A stretch of DNA of 63,361 bases, filler included, from Diploschistes diacapsis (Eukaryota): assembly GCA_023645945.1 (NCBI GenBank). It is 10 parts of 10 records of this genome, joined end to end, with 100 filler letters (N's around TTAATTAATTAA, not from the genome) between each part and the next. Parts side by side here need not be neighbours in the genome. Positions count along the whole stretch, not along the records: positions 27,839 to 51,594 come from JALAIB010000255.1; positions 51,695 to 53,558 come from JALAIB010002550.1; positions 53,659 to 55,521 come from JALAIB010002551.1; positions 55,622 to 57,484 come from JALAIB010002552.1; positions 57,585 to 59,444 come from JALAIB010002553.1; positions 59,545 to 61,403 come from JALAIB010002554.1; positions 61,504 to 63,361 come from JALAIB010002555.1; 3 more parts are not named here. One strand, 5' to 3'. Below the pieces are notes generated by a model. The model did no database searches. It was not told the origin of the DNA and was given only the letters and a program-made list of their open reading frames with translations. Positions 48,703-62,293 of the stretch are shown piece by piece. How positions within the stretch are numbered: the stretch's first letter is position 1; each line of letters starts with the position of its first letter. The position numbers were made by a program, and so were the translations under genes.

Positions 48703-49520
48703 TGATCTACCAATGAGGAAGATTTATTTCGGCGAAGGATAGGGCTGTTCGTTGCGTTTCATTTGTACGTACTAATATCATAAGCATCAAGCGTGGCGCG
48801 ACATTTACATAGGACGGCGCCGGCACCGAATGGTGGATAACCACGGGCCTATTTGGGAATCTTGGGTATCGTATGCATGCATTTTATGTAACGGGGGATA
48901 TGAACGGGCAACATGGACTGGAGTTTCAGGAGCACTTGCGGACACCTACTGGAGCTCATCTGGAAGGAATCAGGGCGAAGCATGGCTCTGGCAGCAGCCC
49001 TTCGGTCTCTAGACTAGATCTATCATGTTCGCTACTCGTTTAGGTGAGACTCTTTAATTTCACAATGAAAATATACCCCGGAAGTTAGCACAGCCGGAGT
49101 CTGAACATGCCGTGAAAGTGTGAAATATATTGCACCAGCCATAGCGGGTAGGTGCGGCAAACGTCGGTAGCTTGGGTCTTCCAGTACCGCATTGTAGGGG
49201 GTGCCATCACAACTTCCTTCCGCATGCAGCTATAGTTTTAACGTAAGATATCCTTGAATTGGCACGTAGAATAAGGTCTAAAAACTAAAAAAGTGACAAT
49301 ACAACTTCAATGCGTGTGCATCTTTCTGATTGCTTTGAGCCAAGATTAGCTTGCACTTCTGTCCCGTTGCCCAGTTGTTCACATCCTTCTACGAAGGCAC
49401 ACATTTAAGGTCTGATCTAGGGGCTCTTGACGATGGTAAGAATCCTTCAGATGAGATCTCGAGGGACTCCTCGGCCTAGGGGACAGAAGAGGACAGGGCG
49501 GATAGCTCAAAATCCTTACT

Positions 49521-51594
49521 ATGTCAACTTTCAATGGCATTGTATCTGGTGAGTGAACGCTGCTAGATGAAGGATCCTCACTGATGATCTCAGAATTCCC
49601 GGATATCAGAAGTCAGTACATGGTTTTCAAATCTTCTGGACGTAGACTTATCCCCAGCAGTCGACTACTTCCGCCTTGGCCCGAATGCGAAGAACGTCAA
49701 GGCATGCTTCTTGAGCCATGTCCACAGTGACCATCTTGCCGGTCTCGAATCCCTGAGGTCGCTTTTCGTATACTGCTCTGCCGCCACCAAGGAGCTTCTT
49801 CTTCGTCTGGAGCGATACCAGGATCGGATCAACTTCTCCAAGGGCATCTTGGAGTCAAGACAGATCACCTATGACAAGAAGCGGTTCAACGGCCTCCTAA
49901 GGCCGATACCGTTGAACACCCCCACAGACATCGAGCTGTCCCCGAATCGAAGGATTCGAGTGACGTTGCTGCCGGTATGTCTTCTCTTCGGAGTTGCTGT
50001 TGCTGTTGTGGAAGGCTTTCATATTCTGACGCAAACAGGCGAACCACTGCCCTGGGTCCGTCATGTTCTTGATCGAGTCCGAATCTAGAGCGGTCTTGTA
50101 CACCGGAGATATTCGAGCCGAGCCATGGTGGGTCAACATGATTGCGCGGCAGCCGATCATGATTCCTTACTCCACTGGTATCCGTACTTTGGAGACGATA
50201 TATCTGGACACGACGAATGCGTCCGCCAGAACTGTTCACAAGAGATATGGTCCAAAAGCCGAAGGTATCAGAGAACTGATCAAGAAGATGTCAAAGTATC
50301 CTTCGGACACGGTCTTCCATATCAACTCTTGGACCTTGGGATACGAGGATGTCTTTCTGGCTCTGTCAGCTTCCATGAGATGTAAAGTGTGCACATGATA
50401 TCTGACGCTTCGTTGTGATGCCAGGCTGAAATGTGTCCCAGGTCCATGTTGATGAATACAAATGGAAATTATATCGATCTCTAGCACAGTCGCACGAATC
50501 CATTCCACCAGAAGAGAGCATGGCGCTCTGTGGCTTCAACTTTGGTAACGGCCGGCAAGCAGGTTGTTTGACCACTGACCCAAACACCAGGTTACATACC
50601 TGTGAGCTTGGTGCCGATTGCCCTACACTCGACCCAGCAAAGACCGTGTATATCGTGCCAGTCGTGACTCGTAAAGGTGATGGCTCCGAAGTTCAGGAGA
50701 TGGGGGCTGCCACCGGGACAGGCGACCTGGATCTTGCGCACGAAATCGATCTGAGCGACCCAGAGATGGTCAAATGCTTGCTTCAGCTTTGTACGGATCA
50801 TCTGAGTGGAGGAGATGATGCACTGCATGAAATCACTGCACTGATTACAAAGGCAGCACATTCTGGCAGGAGGACCCTGCCAATTCCCAGCGCAGAACTG
50901 CCTGAGGACCTGAATGATCTATCGGTCAAACAAATTTTGGATCTTTTGCTGAGGACGGTAGAGCTGCAGAAACACGCTAGCCAATCTGGATGCAGTCAGC
51001 AAGATGGTGCTGAGAAGCGTGATTTGGCAAGACGAATTGTAAGGAGGATGTCCGAGGGTGTTCGGCCGGCTATGCTGAATTCACTGCAGACGTACCCCTT
51101 TTCTCGGCATTCTTCCTACGACGAGTTGTGCCACTTAGTCTCGGTATTTAGACCGAAAGACATCTATCCCTGTGTCGTCGACGAGTCGGCCTGGCACCCG
51201 GAGGTCAGTATTGAGGCCTTGTTCGGGGCCCACTGCTCGGGACGCGTCTTTGTTCATGATACCTACATGAATACACTTTTCCAAGAACGCAACGCCATAC
51301 CCGATCCTGAAGACCCAACCTCACAAAATCGTACCCAGAGCCTGTCCTCTCAGAACTCGCTGCCACATCCATCAATTTCTTCTGTAAGCGCTCCCCTCCC
51401 GGCTACAACCCCCCGGCCACCTCATTGCCCACGACAACTCCTCCACCAACTGACCACGGATCCCCCTGCCAGGACCTCACACCGACCATGGCCGACCAAG
51501 CCCCACACAATCCCCCACCCGCGAACCAAGGAGCCGCCGCCGCGCGCGACCACACCGCCGCCCCAACCGGACCCAGCACCACACCCCTCAAAAA
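49521..51594 (+). CDS. Artemis/Pso2(SNM1)-family metallo-beta-lactamase/beta-CASP nuclease, 3' truncated by contig end
   Basis: MSTFNGIVSEFPDIRIDYFR (includes an 18-nt microexon at 49594-49611), LSHVHSDHLAGL, ANHCPGS, LYTGDIR, YLDTT and FSRHSSYDEL. Confidence 0.92.
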
Positions 51595-51810
51595 NNNNNN
51601 NNNNNNNNNNNNNNNNNNNNNNNNNNNNNNNNNNNNNNTTAATTAATTAANNNNNNNNNNNNNNNNNNNNNNNNNNNNNNNNNNNNNNNNNNNNGGTTTT
51701 TTCTCCAAGATAAATGGGTATAAGAGAAGATGCTTTAAGATCGCTATTGGTAAGGATATAAGATAGATACATGTTTATAGAGACATAAGCTTTTGCTAAA
51801 AGGGGGAGAT

Positions 51811-51990
51811 TGTGATAGTTATTGAGCTTGCTTATGGGTTATTGCTGGGGCAGGTATTGCCGATTTCGCTGTCTAAGTATCATCTATGACGATGGCGCTT
51901 GGCATCTACTGTATATAAGTAGATTTTGCTCCAGATTAGCTACGAATCTACACACTTCTCACACTTGATTTTATAGATGATTTGCTTAGC
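51811..51990 (+). mobile_element. LTR preceded by a polypurine tract
   Basis: AAAAGGGGGAGAT then TGTGATAGTTATTGAG, related to 28904-29095. Confidence 0.55.
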
Positions 51991-52842
51991 AAAGAACTTC
52001 TTTGCGATTAATTTAGTCTTTAATCTTTCGATGTTTTTATTAAAGCTGTACTTCATATCGAATATCTATCTTAAGTTTACGATATTGATGGGTTTAGATG
52101 ATTCAAGTGGTTCAGTTTAGGTTTAATTTTATAATAAAGAGTTGATTTTTTTCTTTACTGCTGCTTCCTATTCTTGTCCGAAAATTATTTTATTCACGGT
52201 TTCTTTATAATTCTTTAGGAGACTGACACGCGTCGGTTTTAAATTAACGTCGCTCGTTATCTTTTGTTTATTGGTCATAAGCGCCATGTAACTTTTTAAT
52301 GTTTTGATTGATAAGAATTACTCGATATCCCGTTATCGTTTATTAATAATAGTATTCGTGTTATATAGTTTTTTAATGTTTTAAACATTCATAATTATTA
52401 AAGCGTCGTTAGTATTATCTATTACTTAAGAAACCTGTATGCTAGACGTTGTTAGTATGGCGTTGATAGATATTATATACGTAATTAGATTATTAATGGC
52501 GTGTTTAATATTTGTTGTTGACGTAAAAGGCTTTAATAATGTATTCGGTTCAGTAAATTCAGATTCAGATTCAGGTTCAGATTCAAATTCACGTATTATT
52601 TTTCTCTTAAAAACCTCGACCCGCAAGAATCTCTTCATTAACCTTCCGCCATCTTTATCTAATTCGGGTTAATTATAGGGAACGAAAGTAAAAGTTTTCA
52701 AGATATTATGATCTATCGTAGGTTTAGATGGTAAAGATTTAGTATCGATTAGCTAAATCTTTGTTTTTATCGTTATTACGTTTTTAACGTTTTCGATATT
52801 AGATACTAGATCGTTCGTTGAACGTTTCGGTGGCTTTCGGAC

Positions 52843-53181
52843 TGAGACAGATCAGCCCAGGCGTGCCAAGCCACCGGGGTCACGTGACGGCAGGGTCACA
52901 TGACGGCAGGGTCACATGACGGCGGGGTCACGTGACGGCAGGGTCACATGACAACAGGGTCACATGACAGGTGCCAACCGTGCCAAGGATGTTAAGGGGT
53001 GGTTATGTAGGCGGGTAGGACCCGAACCCTGTAAAGCTGGTACCCACATACTATTTATTCCTACCATCTTCTTATTTAAATAGTTTCTTTTCTAGCTTTT
53101 CGAATCGAGATCTTTTATCTATAAATATCTAGCTACACGTAATCCTTCCGGATCAGGCCTAGTGTCCGATAATATAGTATT
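52843..53181 (+). mobile_element. Gypsy LTR family A, less RIP-mutated, with six 16-bp tandem repeats, cut short by a Copia LTR
   Basis: Starts TGAGACAGATCAGCCCAGGCG, carries (GGGTCACRTGACGGCA)x6, and is homologous to 26679-26991. Confidence 0.85.
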
Positions 53182-53558
53182 CTGTTGAGCAGGCAGACGG
53201 AAGGCATGGCTGTGAGCTCGGCTTGTTCCAAGAGGTTCACTGGGAGAACCCGGGAAGTTCAGTTCAGGTGAACTTATCGAGGTTCAGTTTAGTTTAATTT
53301 AACTAAATTTTATAAAATCCGGTAAAATCTTAATTAAACCGATTAAATATAATATAAATAATAAAATTTAACGAATCTCGTAAGATATAAAAATTTATAT
53401 AATAAAATATTTTTTAAAATAAAACTTTTAGATTTTAATATATTTATTACGTTATTAAATAGGTTATGAGCCCGATTTCGTTTATTTCATAATTATTTCG
53501 TGTGTTAAATATTTGAGATAAATCTTTTCGATAGATAAAACGGTTACGAACGCGGGAC
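53182..53558 (+). mobile_element. Ty1/Copia 5' LTR plus PBS
   Basis: TGTTGAGC... LTR to 53461, then GGTTATGAGCCC, a copia-type primer-binding site. Confidence 0.7.
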
Positions 53559-53658
53559 NNNNNNNNNNNNNNNNNNNNNNNNNNNNNNNNNNNNNNNNNN
53601 NNTTAATTAATTAANNNNNNNNNNNNNNNNNNNNNNNNNNNNNNNNNNNNNNNNNNNN

Positions 53659-55521
53659 GTAATATTATTATTCGTTATTTATTCTTCGGCGGTTTATTAG
53701 CTCTTCAACAATTTATTTAACCTTTTCTTTAATAAGTTCTAACGGGGGTAAGAAATCCTTTAGTATTTTTTTCTTTAATTTATAAGGTTCTAGTAAAGAA
53801 ACATGGAATATTAGATGAATCCTAAAATATCTTTACGATAATGATAAGCGGTACGTTTATTCCCCGATAATATCTAGCACGCGAAACGGTCCAATGTATC
53901 TATATAATAACTTCCTGCTGGGTCTCCTTTGTTATAAATTTTTGGTTGAAAGCCACATTAGATTTTTTATATTGTAAGTCTTTGGCTGTCGATTTTGATC
54001 GTAATATTTTTTCTGTTATTTTTGGGTAGCTATTAAATTATTGGTTAATAGTTTTCTTGTTTTTTTAATTTCTTTCAGCCGTTCCGTTACGGCTGGCACT
54101 TTTTTTTCTTTATCTTCGTCCTTGAATATCTGTTGTATCGTCGGCTCGGAGTTATATAATACTTTAAAAGGGGTTATTTTTGTATTAGAATTTATGAAGG
54201 AATTGTACGCAAATTCGGTTAAATGTAATAGTTCTGGTTAATCCTCTTGATCCGTACCGTAGTATACTCGCAGATAATGTTCGATTGTTTGATTCTAACG
54301 TTCTATTTGTTTATCGGTTTGAGGATGGAAAGCTGTGTTAAACTTATTTTTTATTTTCGTCTGGTAGTAGAAATCCGATTAAAAGGAATTTGTAAATATT
54401 GTACCCCGATCTGAAATAATTCCCTTTGGGCCCCCGTACTTAATATAGACTTTTCGTATAAGAGTTTCTGTTAACTCGCTTAAGTTTATTGTTTTAAAAC
54501 ATGTTAGATACCGTATTATTTTAATATATCTATCTATTATTACTAATATTGAGTCTATAACGGCTCCGTTGCTTTTACTCGGTGGGACTTCTGTAATGAA
54601 ATCCATTATGATTTCTTATTAGGGTCCCTAGGGTACTGGTAATGACGTTAAATTATTATATAGTTTATGTTTATGTACCTTAACCTTTTGGTATATATCG
54701 TAGCTACTTACGTACTGTTTAACAGCGGTACGTTGTTCTTTTTAATGGAAGTGCCTTTACAATAGCTTTAAAATCCGTTCGGTATCGAAATGCCCTGCCA
54801 ATTTATTATTATGATAAATATATAGGAGTTCTGTTTATATAGATTTTTCTGCCGGGATATAGATTCTGTTTTTATATCGTAATAAGTTTTTTTTATCGAG
54901 TTTTCACGGCGTATTACCGGCGTCTCGTCGTCGGGTCGTTTGTTTTAGAAAACTTTGCTTTTTTTTAATAAATTCATCCTTTCGCTATAAAGTAATAATT
55001 GTGTCTCGTAATTTTTCCGACGGCGATCCATATGCCGTTTCGTTTGCTATTATTTTTTAAATAATTAAACGTGGGACGAGCTGTTTGTAATTAATAGTCC
55101 TAACGATAGGATATAACATCATTGTTAGGTCGCTATTCATCTGAGCTTGCTTTTCTAGGCCAAGATTCCCCAAGGTTGTTACTTTAGGATGGGGTTCTTT
55201 AAGCCCCTAGAGTAGATTGATAATCCCAATCTTCGCCTGCTTCCACAGCGCGGTTTACTCCCTTTTCGCCGGCGAGGCGACAACAGCATTCAGTTGCGCC
55301 AATTTACTTTGTAACATTGGTAATAATTCCCGAATTTGATTATCTCTTTCGAAATAATCTGGTCTTCGCGAGAGGCCGTCAGCTAAGTTATTCGCTTTTA
55401 GACGGTGCGATATAACAAAGTTTATTAATATTAATTTTATTATTTATCTAGTTTGGCGACCTGAAAGTGTTTTTTAATTTATAAATCCTTTTAGATTATT
55501 ATGGTCGATAATTATTTCAAT
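53659..55521 (-). mobile_element. Ty3/Gypsy pol remnant (RNase H end to integrase), RIP-inactivated
   Basis: MDFITEVP...SILVIIDR...PKGIISDRGTIF, TAFHPQTD, and a GPF (GPY/F) motif, with many TAA stops. Confidence 0.9.
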
Positions 55522-55621
55522 NNNNNNNNNNNNNNNNNNNNNNNNNNNNNNNNNNNNNNNNNNNNTTAATTAATTAANNNNNNNNNNNNNNNNNNNNNNN
55601 NNNNNNNNNNNNNNNNNNNNN

Positions 55622-57075
55622 GAATTATTATAAAGATAAAATTTTTATTCTTTTCGTATGTCGAGAAAGTTCAATGTTAAATACGATGTTTCGAAATACT
55701 TCACTAATATAATATATAAAAAGATGAATTAAAAGATACGCTCTAGCGATAAACCTAGATTAAATATTAATATTGCGTTGGGAGGCTCGTCTATATAGAA
55801 AGAAACGGAATTATAAAGGATGATTTCAGTCGTAAAAATAGCGTTGGACGACGAATATCCTGATTTCTTTATCCTAAAGTTTTCATAAATGCCTAAAGAG
55901 GAACGTCTTACGGAAGAACGGAAATAGGCTTTAAATATAAATAAACAACTTATTAAAAAAGAAAAAATTATATTAATAAAAGTATTATTAAATCGAAAAG
56001 CAGCTTTAGCCTAAGATTTCTCTTATATAAGACGCATACGCCCAGAAATTACGCCGTTTTAGGAAATAAACACTATCGATCACGAAACTTGATAGATAAA
56101 GCTCTTTCGTATTCTAAAAGCCCTGGAACCGGTGGTGATCAAGATGCTTCAAGAAAGGATAAATGCTAGAATATTGGAATACTATTAAGGACCGTATCGG
56201 AATCCATAGTTTTTAATAACCAAAACTGATCCTAAGAAGTACAGAATAATAAATACAGCGATACATATTAACAAAATAATTCGTCGAAAGGTTAATTTAC
56301 CCCCTAACACGGATGATTTTACAAAATCTTTCGCAACACAGGCCGTGGGTTCTTTAATAAAAATATTTTTAGAATACGATTAATACACCCTTTATAAAAG
56401 ATCTCGCAATTTTACGGCTTTCGCCACTTCCTTAAATCTATTAAAGAATATTATTTTATTATAAGGAGGCATTAATTCGGTCGGGTAGTTTATACGAATA
56501 ATAATAACCATCTTCGTCGGTCTTTTTTATATAGTTCAGTCCTTTTTTAACGACTTTGGAATTAAGGACCCTAAGCACACCTATAATAGAAAAGAAGCTT
56601 TACCTAATATACGGAAATATATATTTAAATATATTCAGAATATCGATTAGGCTCTATATGCGATAAAAATAGCAGATGCAATTGCCTTAGGAGGGAAGTT
56701 ACAGTGGTGTATTAAAAAGTTAAAGATAGTAAGCTATCTTTACACCCCCGAAGGACGCTCTCCCGAAGCAAAGAAGATCTTAAAGATAATAAATTAATTT
56801 ATTCCTAAAGATATCACACAAGTCAGAGGATTCTTAAGAATATATGTCTATTATCGCATCTAGATTAAGGATTTTATTATTATCGCCCAGCCTTTATATC
56901 AGCTATTAAGGAAGGATTAATCTTTCCTATAAGATCTTTACCAATAACAGGTCATGGATATATTCAAACTGTTCCTCGTTAATACCCCCATTTTAAAACC
57001 GTTAGACTATACGATGATCGAGAAACAACCGATTATTCTAAGAATTAATATAAGCAAGATTAACTAAAAAGCGTC
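55622..57075 (+). mobile_element. Ty3/Gypsy reverse transcriptase remnant
   Basis: GPYRNP, NLPPNTDDF, SRNFTAF, FFND (RIP-altered YxDD) and QVRGFL motifs, with stops. Confidence 0.8.
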
Positions 57076-57699
57076 GCTATATATCTAGATATGAAAACGA
57101 AGTATAATCTCTTTTAAAAACAAAATATAATATTAGAAAACGCGAGTACCGAGGATTATTGTAAGGCCAAGCAAGGAGCATGCCAATAGTCGGACAAGCG
57201 GCACTCAGGGTCTTGGCTTGCGGGTACTTGAAGGGGGATTTTGCCCTTCTTACTCTCTCCTCTTCTTTAATAATTAGTCCTAGCATAAATCTGCCCTACG
57301 TGCAGCCATCTTGCCACATTATCGTATTCCACCCTTTATAGTTCTAATTACTCTACCTTTCTTAAGGACGACGATCCGACAAAATAGCACGTTCTTCGCA
57401 ACGTAGACGTAAGACAAACCCACGCAATTAAATTAAAATAAAAAAAAATGAAAGAAAAGAAAGAAATAAACGATCTAAAACTACNNNNNNNNNNNNNNNN
57501 NNNNNNNNNNNNNNNNNNNNNNNNNNNNTTAATTAATTAANNNNNNNNNNNNNNNNNNNNNNNNNNNNNNNNNNNNNNNNNNNNTTATAACGCGTTTTTA
57601 TATAATTAACTATTTTTTAGCGGAATAGATTAATAAATAAATAAAGTTACCGTTCTTCCGTTTTATTTATAAAGAGTAAAATAGCCTTTAAGGTTTTTT

Positions 57700-57815
57700 A
57701 CTTATTACGTGATTAGTGTTATCATGATTAAATTATATATAAGGAATGGTTGGGTTAGGCCCGATTAGCTGTGATGTGCCAAGTGGACTATCACCTAGTT
57801 ACTTGGATCGTAACA
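57700..57815 (-). mobile_element. LTR family D fragment
   Basis: The reverse complement TGTTACGATCCAAGT...CCCAACCATTCCTTATATA matches 62294-62370. Confidence 0.75.
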
Positions 57816-58271
57816 AGCTGAAGGTCGATGATTGACGAAGGGATCGAATAGATTTAGTAGCGAGAGTAGCGGTTCTGTTGGATTTCGATAATTAATAGAT
57901 GATCGATAGGGTTTAGCGTGGTTTAACTGAACTTCGATATTATCGAAAAAAGAAAGAAGTCGAAGGTTTTTTCGTTAATTTGATAGATAATAAATCCGGA
58001 AGTTAAGTATTTCTTATTTTAATACACCTTATATCAGCGTATTAAGATCCCGCGATCTTTTATAGTAATATATCTTTTATTTTTAAATCAGTCTATCTTA
58101 AGGTTTTATGATTTAGATTCTAAGTTTTCGGATCTCTTCGATTTAGATCTTTTAGATAAGGTTAACGTATTCGGTTCCGCGTTTGTAATCGTGTTAATTG
58201 CCGGGAAGATTTATTTTTAATATATTAAAAACGAAGTAGTTCGAATAAACTAATTCTGGCTTAATTTAAAG

Positions 58272-59444
58272 TATATGCATAGCGAGCGGACACTCACAGC
58301 GAGCGGACACTCACAGCGAGCGGACACTCACAGCGAGCGGACACTCACAGCGAGCGGACACTCACAGCGAGCGGACACCCCCCACCCAATTTTACGAACT
58401 TTCAACTTTTGTATTAATTTTCTACGCGTACGATCAAGGAATCATTTTCAATTAAAAATAGAATTATAATGGTATTTCAGGCTATCAAATAAGACCTAAA
58501 TCTTAATATAAAACGCGTATTTTAGATATATAAGGTTTTTCGTACGACGTTTATTGTTCGACGCGATGGTCGTATTTTAAGATACGATATCTTAGTTAAC
58601 TTAATAAATTTAAATTTATTAAAAGAGGAAACGATTCTTAAACGTACGATTAATCTAATTGAATGTAATTTTCCGCCGCGATAGGACGATATACGCGATA
58701 TGGTTAACTTAATGCGCGTAACTCGAAACACGCCGTTAATCGAATCACGATAAGTATAAAACTTGGGATAATGATAAGAAATGCTTAAAATACGTTATTA
58801 GAAAGCATGAATTAAAAATTCATAAATCGTACGAAACTGATTCGATCTCGTACGTAACGTGATTAATAAATATAATATTCTCGATTCGGATATGACGAAA
58901 CCGGCTTTTTTATAGGAATGTTAAGCTATACAAAGGTCGTAATTACTTTAGATCGCAAAGATAGATCTCGTACGAAGCAGCTCGATAATCGAGAATATGT
59001 TTTTATTATTTAGGTTATTTACGCGGACGATTATGCGTTGAATAATAATTCTTAAAATCGAGATTAAGATATTTCGTACGACGAATAAAATATTTAATAA
59101 ACGAAGAAAGGTTAAAAAAACGCGCGTACGAATTGAAGAATTATTTAACGTATCAGAAATAATCGTATTATAGTTTTTAACAATCGAAATTCGTATAAAA
59201 GAAATTGATATGTCTAAAAATAAAGGTCGTACGAAAGAAATCGGATTGCGCGTACGACGCTATAATAAGTATAATTAATTTAAATATAATACGCGAATTT
59301 ACGAAATAGAATCTATAGCTTCTAAAAAAGATACTAATAATTAATATAATGAATTATCGTAAGAATTGATTGCGTAAATGTAATTGTAACTCGTATAAAT
59401 CGAGAAGGGTGTCCGCTCGCTATAATTGTCCGCTTGCTATGCAT
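58272..59444 (+). mobile_element. Fot1/pogo-like DNA transposon, internally deleted and RIP-mutated
   Basis: Left TIR ATGCATAGCGAGCGGACA and right end TGTCCGCTTGCTATGCAT. Transposase HTH remnant QAIK..YKV..TTF..RRDG...FPPR..IRDMVNL. Confidence 0.85.
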
Positions 59445-59544
59445 NNNNNNNNNNNNNNNNNNNNNNNNNNNNNNNNNNNNNNNNNNNNTTAATTAATTAA
59501 NNNNNNNNNNNNNNNNNNNNNNNNNNNNNNNNNNNNNNNNNNNN

Positions 59545-60319
59545 CAATCAAACTCCTCCTTCCCCAACTTCCTGTTAACCTCATTATGCGCCCTGCACAT
59601 CCACTGCCCCAGCTCCGCCCTGCCGCCCACCCGCGGCTTCTCCCTGCTCATCCACGCCTGGAAATCCTCGGCGCAGACCCAACACGGGTAGAGCTTCGAA
59701 AACAGGGACAGGAACTGCGTCATCTCGCTCTGCTGCGGCGACGTCGCGCGGGATGGATAGCCGGCCGCGATGCTGTGCAAGAGCGTCCAGGTGGAGCGGC
59801 CGAGGGCGTCGACGTCGGGGGGACAGTCGGGGCGCTGGGCGAGGGGCGGGAAGAGGGAGGAGGATGTGGCTGTCGTTGGAGAGGGGTTTTGGGACGAGGA
59901 AGAGGTGCTGCTGGAGGACTGTGACGAGGATTGGGATTGGGATTGGGATTGGGATTTGGCGAGAGCCATCCAGGAGGCGACCGAAGTGCAAGAGCGGCAT
60001 CTGGGGGGGTGAGGGAAGATGTTTAGCTTTTGAGCCTGGGGAACACGGGGTAGTGCGCTTGGGTTTAGGAACTAGGGCAGCCGTGCGATTGCCGGCCCGG
60101 AGGGGAATCGCTGTGCAGAAGGGAAACAACTCACGGCTTTCCATCTTTGCCCAGCACCACGCCTTTTGGCAGTTGTTTTGGCGTCGCATCATCCTTGTTG
60201 GCCTCCGATGCTTGCATATCGGACTCGTGTGCCTTCGCAGGGGAGTCGTGAGGTGTCACCGCTGGATTTCCAGATCTGGGTGCTTGCTGGCTGGAGATTT
60301 GGGAGAAGAACTTGTCCAT
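59545..60319 (-). CDS. ERV1: FAD-linked sulfhydryl oxidase Erv1, 3' truncated by contig end
   Basis: LPKGVVLGKDGKP|CRSC (intron 60001-60134), DCPPDVDALGRSTWTLLH, YPCWVCA and CRAHNEVNRKLGK. Confidence 0.95.
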
Positions 60320-60548
60320 GGTGTCAGCGGCATCTTTCTCAAGGAAGAAGAGCGTTAAATTAGGTAAAACGATGATTAGTTCTCGAGAGTTTTGCGAGAC
60401 AACTTGCTTACTCAAACAAAAGGCCCCTTGTTCTCGAGCTTTCTGGAATTTGGTCCGCGAATGACGTACAAAGGCCGATGCGGATGGATGGGGACTCTGC
60501 GAGGCACGATGGGCTGACCCACTCACCCTCCCTCCACCACAAACCATC

Positions 60549-61403
60549 ATGCCATCCTCTCCCGCTCCCGCTCCCCCACCCTCAACTTCCATACCAGTCT
60601 TCCTCCTCAAATCTCCCTCCCAGCCCCAAGATTCCTACCACGACGTCCTCTCCTCCCACGCCGACCCCATCTTCAGGCCCCACTTCCTCCCCGTCCTAAC
60701 CCACGTCTTCTCCGCCACAGCCCTCTCATCCCTCTCCTCCCTCTTCTCCTCCCCCGAATCCTTCTTCGCTCGCTACGACGGCCTGATCCTGACCTCGCAA
60801 AGGGCCGTGCAGGCCCTGGGCGAAGCCTTGCAAACAAAGCGCGAGGGAGCAGCCGAAAAAGAGCAGGGCGCAGGATCAGGTCGAGGCAAAGGCCAACGAC
60901 GCGCCGTCCCGCACACAGGCACGGACGCGACCGGGCCACGGAACCCGATCGTCTACGTGGTCGGCCCGGCCACGGCGGCCGCCGCGCGCGCCCTGCTCTC
61001 CCCCCCCTTCCCCGAGCTCACGATCCTCGGCTCCGAAACCGGCTCCGGCGCCGCCCTGGCCTCCTACATCCTCGCCGCCCGCCGCTCGAGTCCCGACAAC
61101 AACGAGGCCCCGCCCCCGCCGGCCAAGAAAAAACCCCTCCTCTTCCTCGTCGGCGAACAGCGCCGCGACGTGATCCCGAAGACGCTGCAGTCCGCCTCGC
61201 TGAGCGCCGAGGAGAGGATACCGGTCGAAGAGAGGGTGGTGTACGAGAGCAGCACGCGGACGCAATTCGAAGGGGACTTTGCGCGCGCGTTGGCCGAGCT
61301 AGGCTCGGACGCCGCAGAGAGGTGGGTGGTCGTCTTCTCGCCGCAGGGGTGCGCGGCGATGTTGAGCGCGCTGGGCTGGCTGGATGGGCGGACGGGCCGG
61401 GTG
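60549..61403 (+). CDS. HEM4: Uroporphyrinogen-III synthase, 3' truncated
   Basis: VFLLKSPS, GLILTSQRAV, YVVGPATA, LFLVGEQRRDVIP, VVYE and VVFSPQG. Confidence 0.9.
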
Positions 61404-61503
61404 NNNNNNNNNNNNNNNNNNNNNNNNNNNNNNNNNNNNNNNNNNNNTTAATTAATTAANNNNNNNNNNNNNNNNNNNNNNNNNNNNNNNNNNNNNNNNN
61501 NNN

Positions 61504-62290
61504 GTCGAACGAATCCAACTTTCTCGTTCTATTACACGCTATAAGATTCTTACCGTTTCCCCTTATAAACACTATTCTTTTAACGACAAGTCCTATTTTA
61601 TTATACCGTCTGGTTCTAAAGTTCTAAAATGTTCGAAATATACGCGCCGTAATCGTCCTTACGTAAAAATGTCATAAAGTCGTCTAAAACGGACACAAAA
61701 CGTATTAAAACGATTTATATAAAAAGATATTAATCGACTTCTCGAACTCGCTCGTCGCATCGAACGAAATAAATTTCTTTTATAAAAAACATAAACCCGT
61801 ATTAATACAAAGATAGAATATTTAGCGGAATCATTAGCTACGAAAAGTAAAGATCTTAGCCGTATTATAATTAATATATCGGTTTTTAAGACGGAGATTC
61901 TTAATAGGAATCCATCTTTCTTCGCTAATAATCCCGAGGAGTTGCTTTCGTTAAATAAGGACGCCGCTATTTAATCGGCCAATCTCCCTGGTTTAATAAG
62001 TCTGCCGTATTCCCTTACCTTACTCCTACAGTTATTCAAATTCTTTAAAGGTTCTTACGTGTTCTATTCCGGTGAATATTCTTTTCATTTAATAAGGAAT
62101 CCCTCGGGGTTATTATTCAAAATCCTTTCGATTTCATATTCGTTCTCGTTATCTAATTCGAAATAAAAGGTTTCTTATAACGATATATCTAGATACGTTA
62201 ATTTAAGATATCGAGAATAAAACACTAGGTAGATTTTTACGTCTCTTAATAATCTAAATCGATAATTAATTCGTTTGGTTTTGTCCAGTA
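61504..62290 (-). mobile_element. RIP-mutated Gypsy integrase/chromodomain-like remnant
   Basis: AT-rich with an integrase-like segment, and a chromodomain-like YEIERIL...FLIK segment near 62090-62145. Confidence 0.5.
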
Positions 62291-62293
62291 TGA

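Noticed and set aside
59545..61403. Essential genes appearing as an island within transposon DNA
   Set aside because: This is a separate 1859-bp contig whose neighbours reflect length ordering, not linkage.
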